A DNA stretch of 64,000 nucleotides, taken from an uncultured Acidobacteriota bacterium. Lineage in GTDB: Bacteria > Acidobacteriota > Blastocatellia > RBC074. The position numbers and the translations under genes were made by a program. Shown piece by piece: positions 50,603 through 60,232 of the stretch; position 1 is the first letter of the stretch, and every line of letters begins with the position of its first letter. Below the pieces are notes generated by a model. That model was not told where the DNA came from. It made no database searches and saw only the letters and a program-made list of their open reading frames with translations. The DNA lies in contig CAWCKY010000006.1 of assembly GCA_963796275.1 (NCBI GenBank), forward strand, positions 544,001 through 608,000. The letters run 5' to 3'.

Positions 50603-51523
50603 TCAGCTATTGATTTGGAGCGCATATGTGACCCACTCGCCGTCCGGTTTTTCCTCGATTACCTCGAATCGATACGGTTGGAGGGCCGCGCGCACCTCGT
50701 CTCCCTGCTCCTTTAAAATGCCTGAGATGATCAATATACCAGGGGGCGTAGTCGTTTGCCCCTGTTGCCCCTGTTGCCCCTGTTGCCCCGTTGATTTGAT
50801 GACCTGCTTAAAATCGGCTGCAAGCGGTATGATGACGTCGGCTGTAAGATTGGCGAGCACAAGCTCGAACTCCTGGCCGTGAAAAGAGGATATCTTATTG
50901 ACTTCGAGTTCTATTTCATCGGCGACATCATTGATAGCGGCATTCTCCTGGGCGACTGCGACAGCTTCCGGATCTATGTCGATTCCGATAACGCGAGCAT
51001 TCGGAGCAAGTTTGATCGCCGCTATTGCGAGGATGCCGGTGCCCGTTCCGACATCGAGCAGCGAGCCGCCGCGCCAATATTTTTCGAGCATCTCGAGACA
51101 TCCGCGTGTCGTCTCGTGGGTTCCGGTGCCGAAAGCCATTCCCGGATCGATCTGTACCAAGACCCGGTCGGTATTTCTGTCGACCTTCCACGAGGGTACG
51201 ATAAGCAGACGGCGCCCGATCTCAATCGGCTCGTAGCCCTTCTTCCACTCGGCGAGCCAATCTTGATCTGCTATAGTCGATCGCTTGATTTCACCTAGCG
51301 CCGTTTCGGGATGACCGATCAGCTTCAATCCGCGGGTTATCTGGTCGCGCAGTTTTTCCAGGTCCGGCGCGAAGTCGAAATATGCGCGCAGCGTGATGAA
51401 ATTTGATGGTTCTTCCGAAAACTCGATTCCGTTTGTGCCAAATGCCCAGAGCTGAGTTGTCGCGGCCGCCTCAGCTACGCGCTCTATTTTGATTTCGACC
51501 GCATACCAGAACTTTTTGTCCAT
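50603..51523 (-). CDS. prmA: Ribosomal protein L11 methyltransferase
   Basis: DWLAEWK, IDPGMAFGTGTHETT, LDVGTGTGILA, VLANL, IISGIL; carries a QQG repeat insertion. Confidence 0.95.
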   Translation of the reverse strand: MDKKFWYAVEIKIERVAEAAATTQLWAFGTNGIEFSEEPSNFITLRAYFDFAPDLEKLRDQITRGLKLIGHPETALGEIKRSTIADQDWLAEWKKGYEPIEIGRRLLIVPSWKVDRNTDRVLVQIDPGMAFGTGTHETTRGCLEMLEKYWRGGSLLDVGTGTGILAIAAIKLAPNARVIGIDIDPEAVAVAQENAAINDVADEIELEVNKISSFHGQEFELVLANLTADVIIPLAADFKQVIKSTGQQGQQGQQGQTTTPPGILIISGILKEQGDEVRAALQPYRFEVIEEKPDGEWVTYALQINS

Positions 51524-51642
51524 ATGTAAAATTGCTCAGCAGCCCTGATCCTCATCGCTGAAAACCAGTGTACTCGCACAGGCCAGATAGACGGCGCAAT
51601 TGTACTAAAAATGAGCTCTTTGCATACACTAAAGGTATCTTT

Positions 51643-52542
51643 TCATTTTTCATCGATACCGAGTTCATCTAAAATCCGCGGATCATCGCGCCACTGTTCC
51701 TGTACGCGAACAAAAAGATGGAGACGAATATGACGGCCGAGCAGCTTTTCAATATCCCGGCGCGCTATCGTGCCGACTTCCTTTAACATCTGTCCGCCCC
51801 TGCCGATTATGATGGGCTTCTGCGATGGGCGTTCGACGTATATCACACAATGAATCTCTGTCGCATCTTCGAGCTCCTGCCAGCTTTCGGTCTTGACCGC
51901 GGTTGCGAAGGGGAGCTCCTCCTGAGTGCGTTCCAAAATTTTTTCGCGAACGAGTTCGGCAACAAGCTGGCGCTCGATCTGATCGGTGAATTGGTCCGCA
52001 TCGTAGAGTCGCTCGCCGGCGGGAAGGTATTCGAGCAATTTCTCGATCAGCAATTCTTGATTGAAGCCGCTGCGCGCCGAAATGGGGATAATCTCAGCGA
52101 ACTCATGCTCTTTGGCATACTGATCTATCAGCGGCAGCAGATGCGATTTGTCTTTGAGTAGATCGATTTTATTGAGAAGCAGGAAAGTCGTTTTCGCCGC
52201 CCGCTTGACGAGATCGAGCGTGAAGCTATCTCCCGTGCCTGAAGTTGTTGACGCATCGCGCATGAGCAGGACGACGTCGACTTGCCCCAGCGCCGCGACA
52301 ACAAGCCCCATCATCCGCCGGTTGAGCATATAACCTGGTTTATGTATGCCCGGCGTGTCGACGAAGATGATCTGGCTATCGGGTCGCGTGAGGATGCCCT
52401 GGATATGTGTCCGCGTGGTTTGCGGCTTGGAGGAGACGGCAGCGATATGCTCGCCCGCGAGCGCATTGAGAAGCGTCGATTTGCCTGCATTCGGACGCCC
52501 GATGAGCGCAGCAAAACCAGATTTGTATGGTGCAGTATTCAT
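51643..52542 (-). CDS. era: GTPase Era
   Basis: GRPNAGKST, QTTR, DTPG, NKID, ISA, KH motif IIIGRGG. Confidence 0.96.
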   Translation of the reverse strand: MNTAPYKSGFAALIGRPNAGKSTLLNALAGEHIAAVSSKPQTTRTHIQGILTRPDSQIIFVDTPGIHKPGYMLNRRMMGLVVAALGQVDVVLLMRDASTTSGTGDSFTLDLVKRAAKTTFLLLNKIDLLKDKSHLLPLIDQYAKEHEFAEIIPISARSGFNQELLIEKLLEYLPAGERLYDADQFTDQIERQLVAELVREKILERTQEELPFATAVKTESWQELEDATEIHCVIYVERPSQKPIIIGRGGQMLKEVGTIARRDIEKLLGRHIRLHLFVRVQEQWRDDPRILDELGIDEK

Positions 52543-52644
52543 TTGGTATGGGGGAGTTGGGAGGTGCGGTACGAGAACAGCGAGGTGACGATGGGACAAG
52601 TGAGGAAATCCCGAAAACCTTGCCTCCTCATCTCACTTCGCAAT

Positions 52645-54003
52645 TCAAATAACCTCATGCTTGCTATTCTTTTTGTTCTCTCCGCGGGCGGCGGCGGAGG
52701 CCTTAGCCGGTTTGATTTCATCGCCCGGCATCGGCTGAGCGATTTTCTGAACCCTCACGCGTGAGACGCGCCGCTCATCGGCTTCGATCACTTCGAATTT
52801 CAGTCCCTTGAACTCGATGCTTTCGCCGGCGCTGGGTAAGTGGCCGAGTTGATTGAGCACCAGTCCCGCGACGGTGGTGAAGTCATCGGCCGCCAACTCT
52901 ACATCGAACCGGCGTTCGATCTTGCCGACTTCGACCTGGCCGCGGACGACGCTCGAATCCTGGCTCTCGTCAATCATATCCGCATCGGTCTCATGCGGTT
53001 CAGGCTCATCCTCATCTTCGATCTCGCCGACTATCTCCTCGATCAGGTCTTCTATCGTGACGAGGCCCGCCAATCCGCCGTATTCATCGATCACGATCGC
53101 CATCGGAGTTTTTGCTTTCTGCATCTCGGGTAAGAGTTCGTCGATCGGTTTCGTTTCTGGTATGAAATATGTGGCGCGCGCGATCTCGACGGCCTTACGA
53201 TTGGCGCTGCCGCTCTGCCAGTATTTTATCAGGTCTCTGACATAGATCACGCCTTCGATGTTATCAAGCGTATCGCGGTAAACCGGCAGGCGCGAATACT
53301 TCGATTCGATCATCAGATCACGCACCTGTTCGAGTAAGGTGTTGGCTTCGACCGCGACGATATGGGTGCGCGGACTCATGACCTCGCCCGCCGTGCGGTC
53401 GCCGAAGCGGATGATCGATTGGATCATCTCTCCTTCATTCTCTTCGATGATGCCTTCCTCCTCCCCCACGTCGAGAAGAGCTTGAATCTCGCTCGCGTCA
53501 TCGTCGTCATCATCTTTATCTTCGCTCTCGACCTTCGGATCGGGCTCGCGCTGCAATCCGCGCAGCGAGCGATAGATCGGATGTGCGATCGCCCCGAGAG
53601 CCGGCCACAGCAGCCGAAGCGGAATACGCAACCTGAGCAGGGTGCGCGTCGGATCGTTCTGCGTGATGATCAGCGGCAATATTTGGCGAAATACGATGAC
53701 CGTCAGGATCATTCCGCCGAATGCGATACCTAGAAAATGTTGCGGATAGAGTTTATGCGCAATCGAGCTGAACAGGATCGCGATGGAGGCGATTGAGAGG
53801 TGAATCCCGAAGGTGAGCGTAAAACTCAACTGGTGATGATGATCCAGGATCGCGCGCCAGAACCTGGCATCAGGAGAGTCCTCTTTCTCACTCGCGAGCA
53901 GTCGCAGAGAAACATCGCTCAATTCATCAAGAGCACTTTTGGCTGTAGCCACAACGACCAGCACCAGAACGACGATGCTGGTCAAAGCTATTTCAGTTTC
54001 CAT
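52645..54003 (-). CDS. Hemolysin/CorC-HlyC family membrane protein (DUF21, CBS pair, CorC)
   Basis: N-terminal TMs, EVMSPR, YSRLPVY, AIVIDEYGG, TIEDLIEEIVGEIEDE. Confidence 0.92.
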   Translation of the reverse strand: METEIALTSIVVLVLVVVATAKSALDELSDVSLRLLASEKEDSPDARFWRAILDHHHQLSFTLTFGIHLSIASIAILFSSIAHKLYPQHFLGIAFGGMILTVIVFRQILPLIITQNDPTRTLLRLRIPLRLLWPALGAIAHPIYRSLRGLQREPDPKVESEDKDDDDDDASEIQALLDVGEEEGIIEENEGEMIQSIIRFGDRTAGEVMSPRTHIVAVEANTLLEQVRDLMIESKYSRLPVYRDTLDNIEGVIYVRDLIKYWQSGSANRKAVEIARATYFIPETKPIDELLPEMQKAKTPMAIVIDEYGGLAGLVTIEDLIEEIVGEIEDEDEPEPHETDADMIDESQDSSVVRGQVEVGKIERRFDVELAADDFTTVAGLVLNQLGHLPSAGESIEFKGLKFEVIEADERRVSRVRVQKIAQPMPGDEIKPAKASAAARGENKKNSKHEVI

Positions 54004-54017
54004 TTTATATTGGGTTT

Positions 54018-54152
54018 CAGTTGTCGATTGTCGGCACCAGATGTCGGGTTGTCGGTTGCCTACTACGAATTCCCCACGAATAATGCATCAGATTTCGTGT
54101 CTGATGTCAGGGAACTCTAACCCGATAACCGCCTTCCGGCTCCCGACAACCG
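54018..54152. repeat. Degenerate (GTTGTCG)n ... (CGACAAC)n heptamer hairpin
   Basis: gttgtcgattgtcgg...gttgtcggttg and ccgataaccg...ccgacaaccg flank the ybeY-corC spacer. Confidence 0.55.
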
Positions 54153-54155
54153 GTT

Positions 54156-54665
54156 TTATTGAAGCAATTCTTTCCTCAATTTCCGCTCAAGCCTCTCCAT
54201 TTGACCGTCATCTGTTTCGTGATCGTAACCCGCGAGATGAAGCGCGCCGTGGATGACCAGATGTTCAATTTCGCGACTGAAAGTAAGTCCCAGTTCGCTT
54301 GCATAAGCCGCCGCAGTCTCTACGGAGATCACGACATCGCCTAGATGAGTTTCCGCCGCCGGCTCCGAAAATTCGCATTCCTCGTGATAGGCGAATGAAA
54401 GGACATCGGTCGGTTTATCGATTGCGCGATATTCACGGTTCAATTCTCGCATTAAGCGATCGCGAATGAAAACGACGGTCAGAGTCGCGTCCGCGCGTCC
54501 GGCGCGATCAAGCGCGGCCCGCGATAATCGCGCGACAGCCTCGCGATCCAAGCGATACAACCTTTGCCGGTTGATGACCTCGATCGCGCTCCGCTGCGCC
54601 GGCCCCTCGCTTTCCTTGATTGGGCCGGTCGCGCTAGAGGCTGATCTTGCGATTGTGTTCATCAT
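54156..54665 (-). CDS. ybeY: rRNA maturation endoribonuclease YbeY
   Basis: [31 protein letters not shown]. Confidence 0.95.
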   Translation of the reverse strand: MMNTIARSASSATGPIKESEGPAQRSAIEVINRQRLYRLDREAVARLSRAALDRAGRADATLTVVFIRDRLMRELNREYRAIDKPTDVLSFAYHEECEFSEPAAETHLGDVVISVETAAAYASELGLTFSREIEHLVIHGALHLAGYDHETDDGQMERLERKLRKELLQ

Positions 54666-55596
54666 AAGCCTTGACGATCATCTGGACGAGATGGTGACGA
54701 ACCACGTCCCGTTCGTCGAAATGGATGAAGACGATTCCATCTATTCCGTTGACTACGCGCTGAGCCTCAACGAGGCCCGACTTCCGCCCCGAGGGCAGGT
54801 CTATTTGCGTAACGTCTCCCGTAATCACGGCTTTTGAACCGAAGCCGATCCGAGTCAGGAACATCTTCATCTGTTCTGAAGTGGTATTCTGCGCTTCGTC
54901 AAGAATGATGAAGGCATCGGAGAGCGTACGGCCCCTCATGAAAGCCAGAGGCGCGACTTCGATCACGCGTTTCTCCAGAAATTTCGTAACGCGCTCGTAA
55001 TCGAGCAGATCGAACAACGCGTCATAAAGCGGCCGCAGGTAAGGGTCGACCTTGTCCTGCAGGTCGCCCGGCAAGAATCCCAGTTTCTCTCCGGCCTCAA
55101 CCGCCGGTCGCGCCAGGATGATGCGGTTGACTCGCTTTGACATCAGAAACTGCACCGCCATAGCCACGGCGAGAAATGTTTTCCCGGTGCCCGCCGGTCC
55201 TATCCCGAAGACGAGATCGCTTTTTTCAATGGCTTCGATATAGCGTTTCTGATTCTGCCCGCGCGCGGATACTTGTTTGCGGCCCGCCGGGTTAATCCGC
55301 TTCTGCTCGGTTAACAACTCGCGGAGTGTCGAAGTGCGGTCGTCGGCGATCTGTTTGAATGCATTGCGTAGATCGCCGGCTGATAACGTGCGACCTTCAT
55401 CGAATAGCTGGCCGTAGTCTTTCAGGATACGCTCGACGATCGCGACATCGGCTTCATCTCCCTCGACGATCAACTCGCCGCCTCGTCCGCCGACGCGCAC
55501 GCTCAGGAGCGACTCCAGATATTTGATATTCTGATCATACGGGCCGAATAAAGCCTCCAGCCCTCGCTCCGGCAATGTAATCTTCAAACTTCTCAT
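54634..55596 (-). CDS. phoH: PhoH-like ATPase (YbeZ)
   Basis: [46 protein letters not shown]. Confidence 0.95.
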   Translation of the reverse strand: MRSLKITLPERGLEALFGPYDQNIKYLESLLSVRVGGRGGELIVEGDEADVAIVERILKDYGQLFDEGRTLSAGDLRNAFKQIADDRTSTLRELLTEQKRINPAGRKQVSARGQNQKRYIEAIEKSDLVFGIGPAGTGKTFLAVAMAVQFLMSKRVNRIILARPAVEAGEKLGFLPGDLQDKVDPYLRPLYDALFDLLDYERVTKFLEKRVIEVAPLAFMRGRTLSDAFIILDEAQNTTSEQMKMFLTRIGFGSKAVITGDVTQIDLPSGRKSGLVEAQRVVNGIDGIVFIHFDERDVVRHHLVQMIVKAYDEHNRKISL

Positions 55597-55613
55597 TTGG
55601 TAATTTAAAAAAC

Positions 55614-55642
55614 AATCTACTTCACGTGTTGGACCCTGTCAA
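55614..55642 (-). promoter_or_regulatory. Sigma70 promoter for the phoH-ybeY-corC-era operon
   Basis: Minus strand TTGACA (55642-37), 17 nt, TAGATT (55619-14). Confidence 0.65.
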
Positions 55643-56789
55643 AGGGATTCCCACACCGTCAGCGGTAGAGCATACATAGATTCTCCGGCGCGTATCCGGT
55701 CGATCGCTCATATGCGCATGCGACTTCGCGTTTGAACTCCTCGACCTGATCAAACCTGACCAGGTTGATGGTGCAGCCGCCGAAACCGCCGCCCGTCAGA
55801 CGCGAGCCGATGACGCCTGATACGCGGCCCGAGAGTTCAACCATCAAATCCAGCTCATCACAACTGACCTCGTAATCGTCCTTCAGGCTCAGATGCGAAT
55901 CGCGCATCAATGTCCCGAATTTATCGAGGTCGCCGGCTTCGAGAGCCCCGGCCGCCGCAGCTACGCGAAAATTCTCGCTGATCACGTGACGGCAACGGCG
56001 ATAAATTATATCGGTAAGAGAGCTTTTTTGCCTCTCCAAATCTTCCGAAGTCACATCGCGCAGAGCGACCACTCCCGGCATCCTTTCCGCCAGAAGGCGC
56101 GCTCCCGCCTCACAATCGGCGCGGCGCCGGTTGTATTCGCCGTCCGCCAGTTCGTGCTTGACCATCGTGTTGCAGATGACCAGTCGAATCCAGTCGGGGA
56201 TTCGCAGCAGGCGGTACGCGAGCGAGCGGCAATCCAGTAACAGCGCCTGTCCCTTCCGCCCGCAGCAAGAGATGAACTGATCCATAATGCCACAGCGCAT
56301 GCCGACAAACTCGCTCTCCGCGCGCTGACACAGTTTCGCCAGATCGATGTAATCGATCTCTTGGCCTGCAGTGTCGAGCAGCGCGTATCCAGTCGCCACC
56401 TCGAGGGCCGCCGAAGAGCTGAGTCCCGATCCGATCGGTAGTTCGCTGCCAACCAAGAGATTCGCGCCAGCCAAACGATGGCCGGCTCGTTCCAACATAA
56501 CGGCTACCCCCAGCACATAATCGCTCCAGTGGCGGCGGGGGCATGCTCCATCCAGATCGAACTCAACGCCGTCGGAGAGATTATCGGAATAGACCGCCAG
56601 CCGTCTGTCAGCCCGCGGACCGATAGCCACCCATGTGGAGAGATCGATCGCCACCGGCATCACGAAGCCGTCATTATAATCGGTGTGTTCGCCGATCAGG
56701 TTGACCCGTCCGGGAGCGCGGTAGATGCGGGCGTCTCCGCCATATCTGTCGTGGAACTTTCGTTTCAATTCAGAGACTGTCAGGCTCAT
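55622..56789 (-). CDS. galK: Galactokinase; one extra base near 55681 shifts the last ~20 codons (as given, stops at 55659)
   Basis: [40 protein letters not shown]. Removing one A gives a typical end [13 protein letters not shown]...stop at 55622. Confidence 0.93.
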
Positions 56790-56812
56790 CAACCTCAACG
56801 CCCCCCCCCCCA

Positions 56813-57325
56813 CTAATTATTGGACGATGTATGATCGTGAACGATCCTCCATCCGTTACTGAAGCGCCGGAAGATCAGCGTGTACAGTCCTCCGAGCTCT
56901 TTTCCATCGTTCATTTTCAGCCGCCAGCGGCCGCGCACCATGGCGGCGTTTTCAGCGAGCATCTGTACATCCAGGCCCGAGAAATCAAGATTGCCCATCT
57001 CCTTGCCTTCAGACTGATAGCTCTTACGATAACGCTCGAGGGTGGCCTCCCAGCCTGCGAGTTGACGGCCGCCCGAGAAGAAACTCAACTCCGGTGAGTT
57101 CCAATAGCCGTCCATAAATTCCTCCAGCCTGCCCTTGTTCCAGGCCGCCACCTGCGCCTCGAGCACAGCGCGGATATCTGATTCGGCAGATTGGAATTTG
57201 CTCGATTCGCCTGGTTTCCGCCCGGCAACTTGCTTTGATGCGGATTGGATGAGCGCCGCATGAGATGACAGGATTATTAATGATAATAAGCTGATTGATC
57301 TCAGTATCCGAGTTGTTCGTCTCAT
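56813..57325 (-). CDS. Exported NTF2/SnoaL-like (DUF4440) protein
   Basis: Signal peptide, AWNKGRLEEFMDGYW, GLYTLIFRR, WRIVHDHTS. Confidence 0.85.
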   Translation of the reverse strand: MRRTTRILRSISLLSLIILSSHAALIQSASKQVAGRKPGESSKFQSAESDIRAVLEAQVAAWNKGRLEEFMDGYWNSPELSFFSGGRQLAGWEATLERYRKSYQSEGKEMGNLDFSGLDVQMLAENAAMVRGRWRLKMNDGKELGGLYTLIFRRFSNGWRIVHDHTSSNN

Positions 57326-57417
57326 GATTTTGATCCATAGGTGGAAAGAGGAGGAAAATAAGCGAAAATTCCAGTGTTTTTGCTCGTTTCGCTCCTTTTT
57401 GCCTTTTTTGCTGCCAT

Positions 57418-57426
57418 TGCTATAAT
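57418..57426 (+). promoter_or_regulatory. Extended -10 promoter (TGnTATAAT) 9 nt before the PBP start codon
   Basis: tgc-tataat at 57418-57426; ATG at 57436 with no Shine-Dalgarno. Confidence 0.55.
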
Positions 57427-57435
57427 TGGCGCGCT

Positions 57436-60045
57436 ATGCCAGATAATTATTTCTTCAATTCCTCCAATGAACCGGGTAACTCCCGGAGACCAGCTAAGAA
57501 AGACTCTGTTCCTCATAAGCTAACAGAGATTGCGATACGTTTGGAAGAGTTCTTCCGAAATTCCGAGCGAACAGCTCTCCTTGTGCTTGCGATGATGGCC
57601 GGCGGGTTGACCGGATTGGTGTTGGCTTATCAGGCGAGCTTCACCACGTTCGCCACCGAGGTTGATGCGCTCGCCGATCTCAGTCCACCGGAAATCACGA
57701 AAGTTTTCTCTGATGACGGCACCTTGATCGGCGAGTTGTCACTCGAGCGGCGCATCCCGATCGAGTACAAGGACATCCCTGATAGGTTGAAGGAAGCCAT
57801 CCTGGCCATCGAAGACACCAGGTTCTACGATCACATCGGCATCGATCCGATGCGCATAATCGGCGCCGCGTATCAGAATATGGTTCGCCAGCGCCGGGCG
57901 CAGGGGGCTTCAACTCTTACCCAGCAGCTGGCGCGCGAATTCTTTCTGAGCCGCGAAAAGACGTACACGCGCAAGATCAAAGAGATGATGTACGCGCTTC
58001 AGATCGAGCGCCTCTATACGAAAGAACAGATATTGACGCTCTACTGCAATCAGATTTTCCTGGGAGGCGGAGCATACGGATTCGAGGCAGCCGCTAAATA
58101 TTATTTCAGCAAGACGCTCAAGGACTTGAACCTGGAGCAGTATGCGCTGCTGGCCGCGTTGCCGAAAGGGCCTCAGCAGTTCTCGCCGATCCATCGCGCG
58201 AAAGACGCAAAAACCCGGCGCAATCTGGTTCTGCAGTCGATGGCGGACGTGGGATACATCTCGCAGGCGGATTGCAATACGGCGAAGACCAAACCTCTCG
58301 GACTCGATCTCGATGACCGGCGCGGCAAAAATGACAGCTCGCCTTATGCCTACTTTGTTGAAGAGGTCCGTCAGGAATTACAGAAGATCATGGTCGAGAA
58401 GCACGACGAGGATGCGCTGTATGTTTACCGCGCGGGTTTGAGCGTCTATACCACGATCGACGCAAAGGCGCAGGAATGGGCTGTTGATGCGGTTCGCCAG
58501 GGCGCGCGGATGCACGAACGTCGTCACGGTTGGAAGGTCAAGTTTAATAACATCTTCCTCCAGGATGGCGCAACCTTCGAAAACTATCAACACCCATCCT
58601 GGATTGCCGTTCCGGCCGCCGGGGATTCCATGACCGGTCTCATAAAAGATGTGAGCGACCGCGGGACGCTGGTCTCCTTCGGATCGTACTCCGCTATCAT
58701 CAGGACCGAAAATACGGGTATTTTGAATAGATCGCCATCCAAACTATTCAAGCGCGGTGACCTGGCACAGTTTAAAGTCGCGGGAGTCGACAAGGATAAA
58801 AAAATCCTGAACGTCACACTCGATCCTGAACCGGATGTACAGGCATCGCTCGTCCTGGTGGATGTTAAGACGGGCGAGATAAAGGCCATGGTCGGCGGAT
58901 ATAATTTTGCGACGAGCAAATTCAACCACGCGACGCAGGCGAACCGTCAAGCCGGCTCCACATTCAAGCCATTCATCTATGCGGCGGCGCTCGAACAGGG
59001 ATTGAGGCCAGACGACATCGTTGATGACTCCCCGTTCAAGGAAGGGGATTGGGAGCCGCATAATTTCGACAATACGTTTATGGGCGCGATGAGTATACGG
59101 CAGGCGCTGGCCCAGTCCCGTAACATCCCGGCCGTGCGCATACTGAAAGAGATCGGAGTCCGCGACACAGCAGAACTCGTTAAGAGAATGGGTCTGCCCA
59201 ATCCGATGGCGCCTTATTTGCCCTCGGCTCTGGGTGCGACTGAAGAGCCGCTGCTCTCTCTCGTCTCAGCTTACACCGCCTTCCCCAACCGTGGTGTGAG
59301 ATTCGAGCCATTCCGCATTCGCCGCATCGTTGATCGCAATGGGAAGGTTCTGGATCAGACGGAAACGAAATCTTGGAAGGTCCTGTCAAATTATGTTGCG
59401 GCACAGATGGTCGAGATGATGCGCGGGGTCGTGTTGAACGGAACGGCAAGAGCTGCCGTCAGTCTGGGCCACCCGCTGGCCGGGAAAACCGGCACGGTCA
59501 ATGATTATACCGACGCCTGGTTTATTGGTTATACGCCGGAAGTAGCGTGCGGCGTCTGGATAGGATATAGCGATAGTAAGCGACCACTCGGCCAGAATGA
59601 GTCGGGCTCATCCGCGGCTTTGCCGTTCTGGAATGATTTTATGGCCAAGTATCTGAAGGACAAGCCCAGAGGCAAGTTCCCGCCAATACCGGACATACCC
59701 GAAGAAATGAGGCCAATTCAGGCACAGCGCGCGCGCGAGCACGCAAAAGAGCTGGCGCGCATCGAGGCGAGGAGCGAGGAGTTTCTTCCCGGCTCTCCCG
59801 AACTCCCGGTTCTCGATCCGCTTGCCGGTAGCAGTACCACGCCCGAGAACACAGCTCCGATAACCAATAAACCCGCACCGACTCCGTCCCGGGAAGACAC
59901 TTCTCCCGCTACGAGAGTGGAGCAAAATCCGAAGCCCGTCAGGGCTTCAGTCGATGCTAAACCCGTGAAAGCGGCCGATGCGGCGCCACCGCCTCAGGGA
60001 GAGCCCCCGCGCAAGGGTAAAAAGGGGAAAGCAGAAGACCCGTGA
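57436..60045 (+). CDS. mrcA: Class A penicillin-binding protein (PBP1A)
   Basis: EDTRFYDH, GASTLTQQL, RKIKE; transpeptidase GSTFK (SxxK), SRN (SxN), KTG; Pro-rich tail. Confidence 0.92.
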   Translation: MPDNYFFNSSNEPGNSRRPAKKDSVPHKLTEIAIRLEEFFRNSERTALLVLAMMAGGLTGLVLAYQASFTTFATEVDALADLSPPEITKVFSDDGTLIGELSLERRIPIEYKDIPDRLKEAILAIEDTRFYDHIGIDPMRIIGAAYQNMVRQRRAQGASTLTQQLAREFFLSREKTYTRKIKEMMYALQIERLYTKEQILTLYCNQIFLGGGAYGFEAAAKYYFSKTLKDLNLEQYALLAALPKGPQQFSPIHRAKDAKTRRNLVLQSMADVGYISQADCNTAKTKPLGLDLDDRRGKNDSSPYAYFVEEVRQELQKIMVEKHDEDALYVYRAGLSVYTTIDAKAQEWAVDAVRQGARMHERRHGWKVKFNNIFLQDGATFENYQHPSWIAVPAAGDSMTGLIKDVSDRGTLVSFGSYSAIIRTENTGILNRSPSKLFKRGDLAQFKVAGVDKDKKILNVTLDPEPDVQASLVLVDVKTGEIKAMVGGYNFATSKFNHATQANRQAGSTFKPFIYAAALEQGLRPDDIVDDSPFKEGDWEPHNFDNTFMGAMSIRQALAQSRNIPAVRILKEIGVRDTAELVKRMGLPNPMAPYLPSALGATEEPLLSLVSAYTAFPNRGVRFEPFRIRRIVDRNGKVLDQTETKSWKVLSNYVAAQMVEMMRGVVLNGTARAAVSLGHPLAGKTGTVNDYTDAWFIGYTPEVACGVWIGYSDSKRPLGQNESGSSAALPFWNDFMAKYLKDKPRGKFPPIPDIPEEMRPIQAQRAREHAKELARIEARSEEFLPGSPELPVLDPLAGSSTTPENTAPITNKPAPTPSREDTSPATRVEQNPKPVRASVDAKPVKAADAAPPPQGEPPRKGKKGKAEDP

Positions 60046-60112
60046 TGGAGCGGGGAAGTGGGTGAACTGAAGAGCCGCACAAATGTGTATTAGCTTTAAA
60101 TGGGCTCGTTGT

Positions 60113-60207
60113 GAAAGGCCGATTCACCGCGGAGGCTAAGAGGCGAGGGCAGCGCAGAATGTTAAAACTTTGCGCTCCGCTGCGTCTCAGCGATGAATTG
60201 GCTTTTC
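60113..60207. repeat. Long imperfect hairpin of the CACCGC(A/G)GAG...CGCAGA / TTTGCG...CTCAGCG repeat type
   Basis: gaaaggccgattcaccgc pairs with gcgatgaattggcttttc (with G-U pairs); inner agcgcaga / tttgcgct. Confidence 0.65.
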
Positions 60208-60232
60208 GATACGTGAGCCGCGGAGTGTCGAT

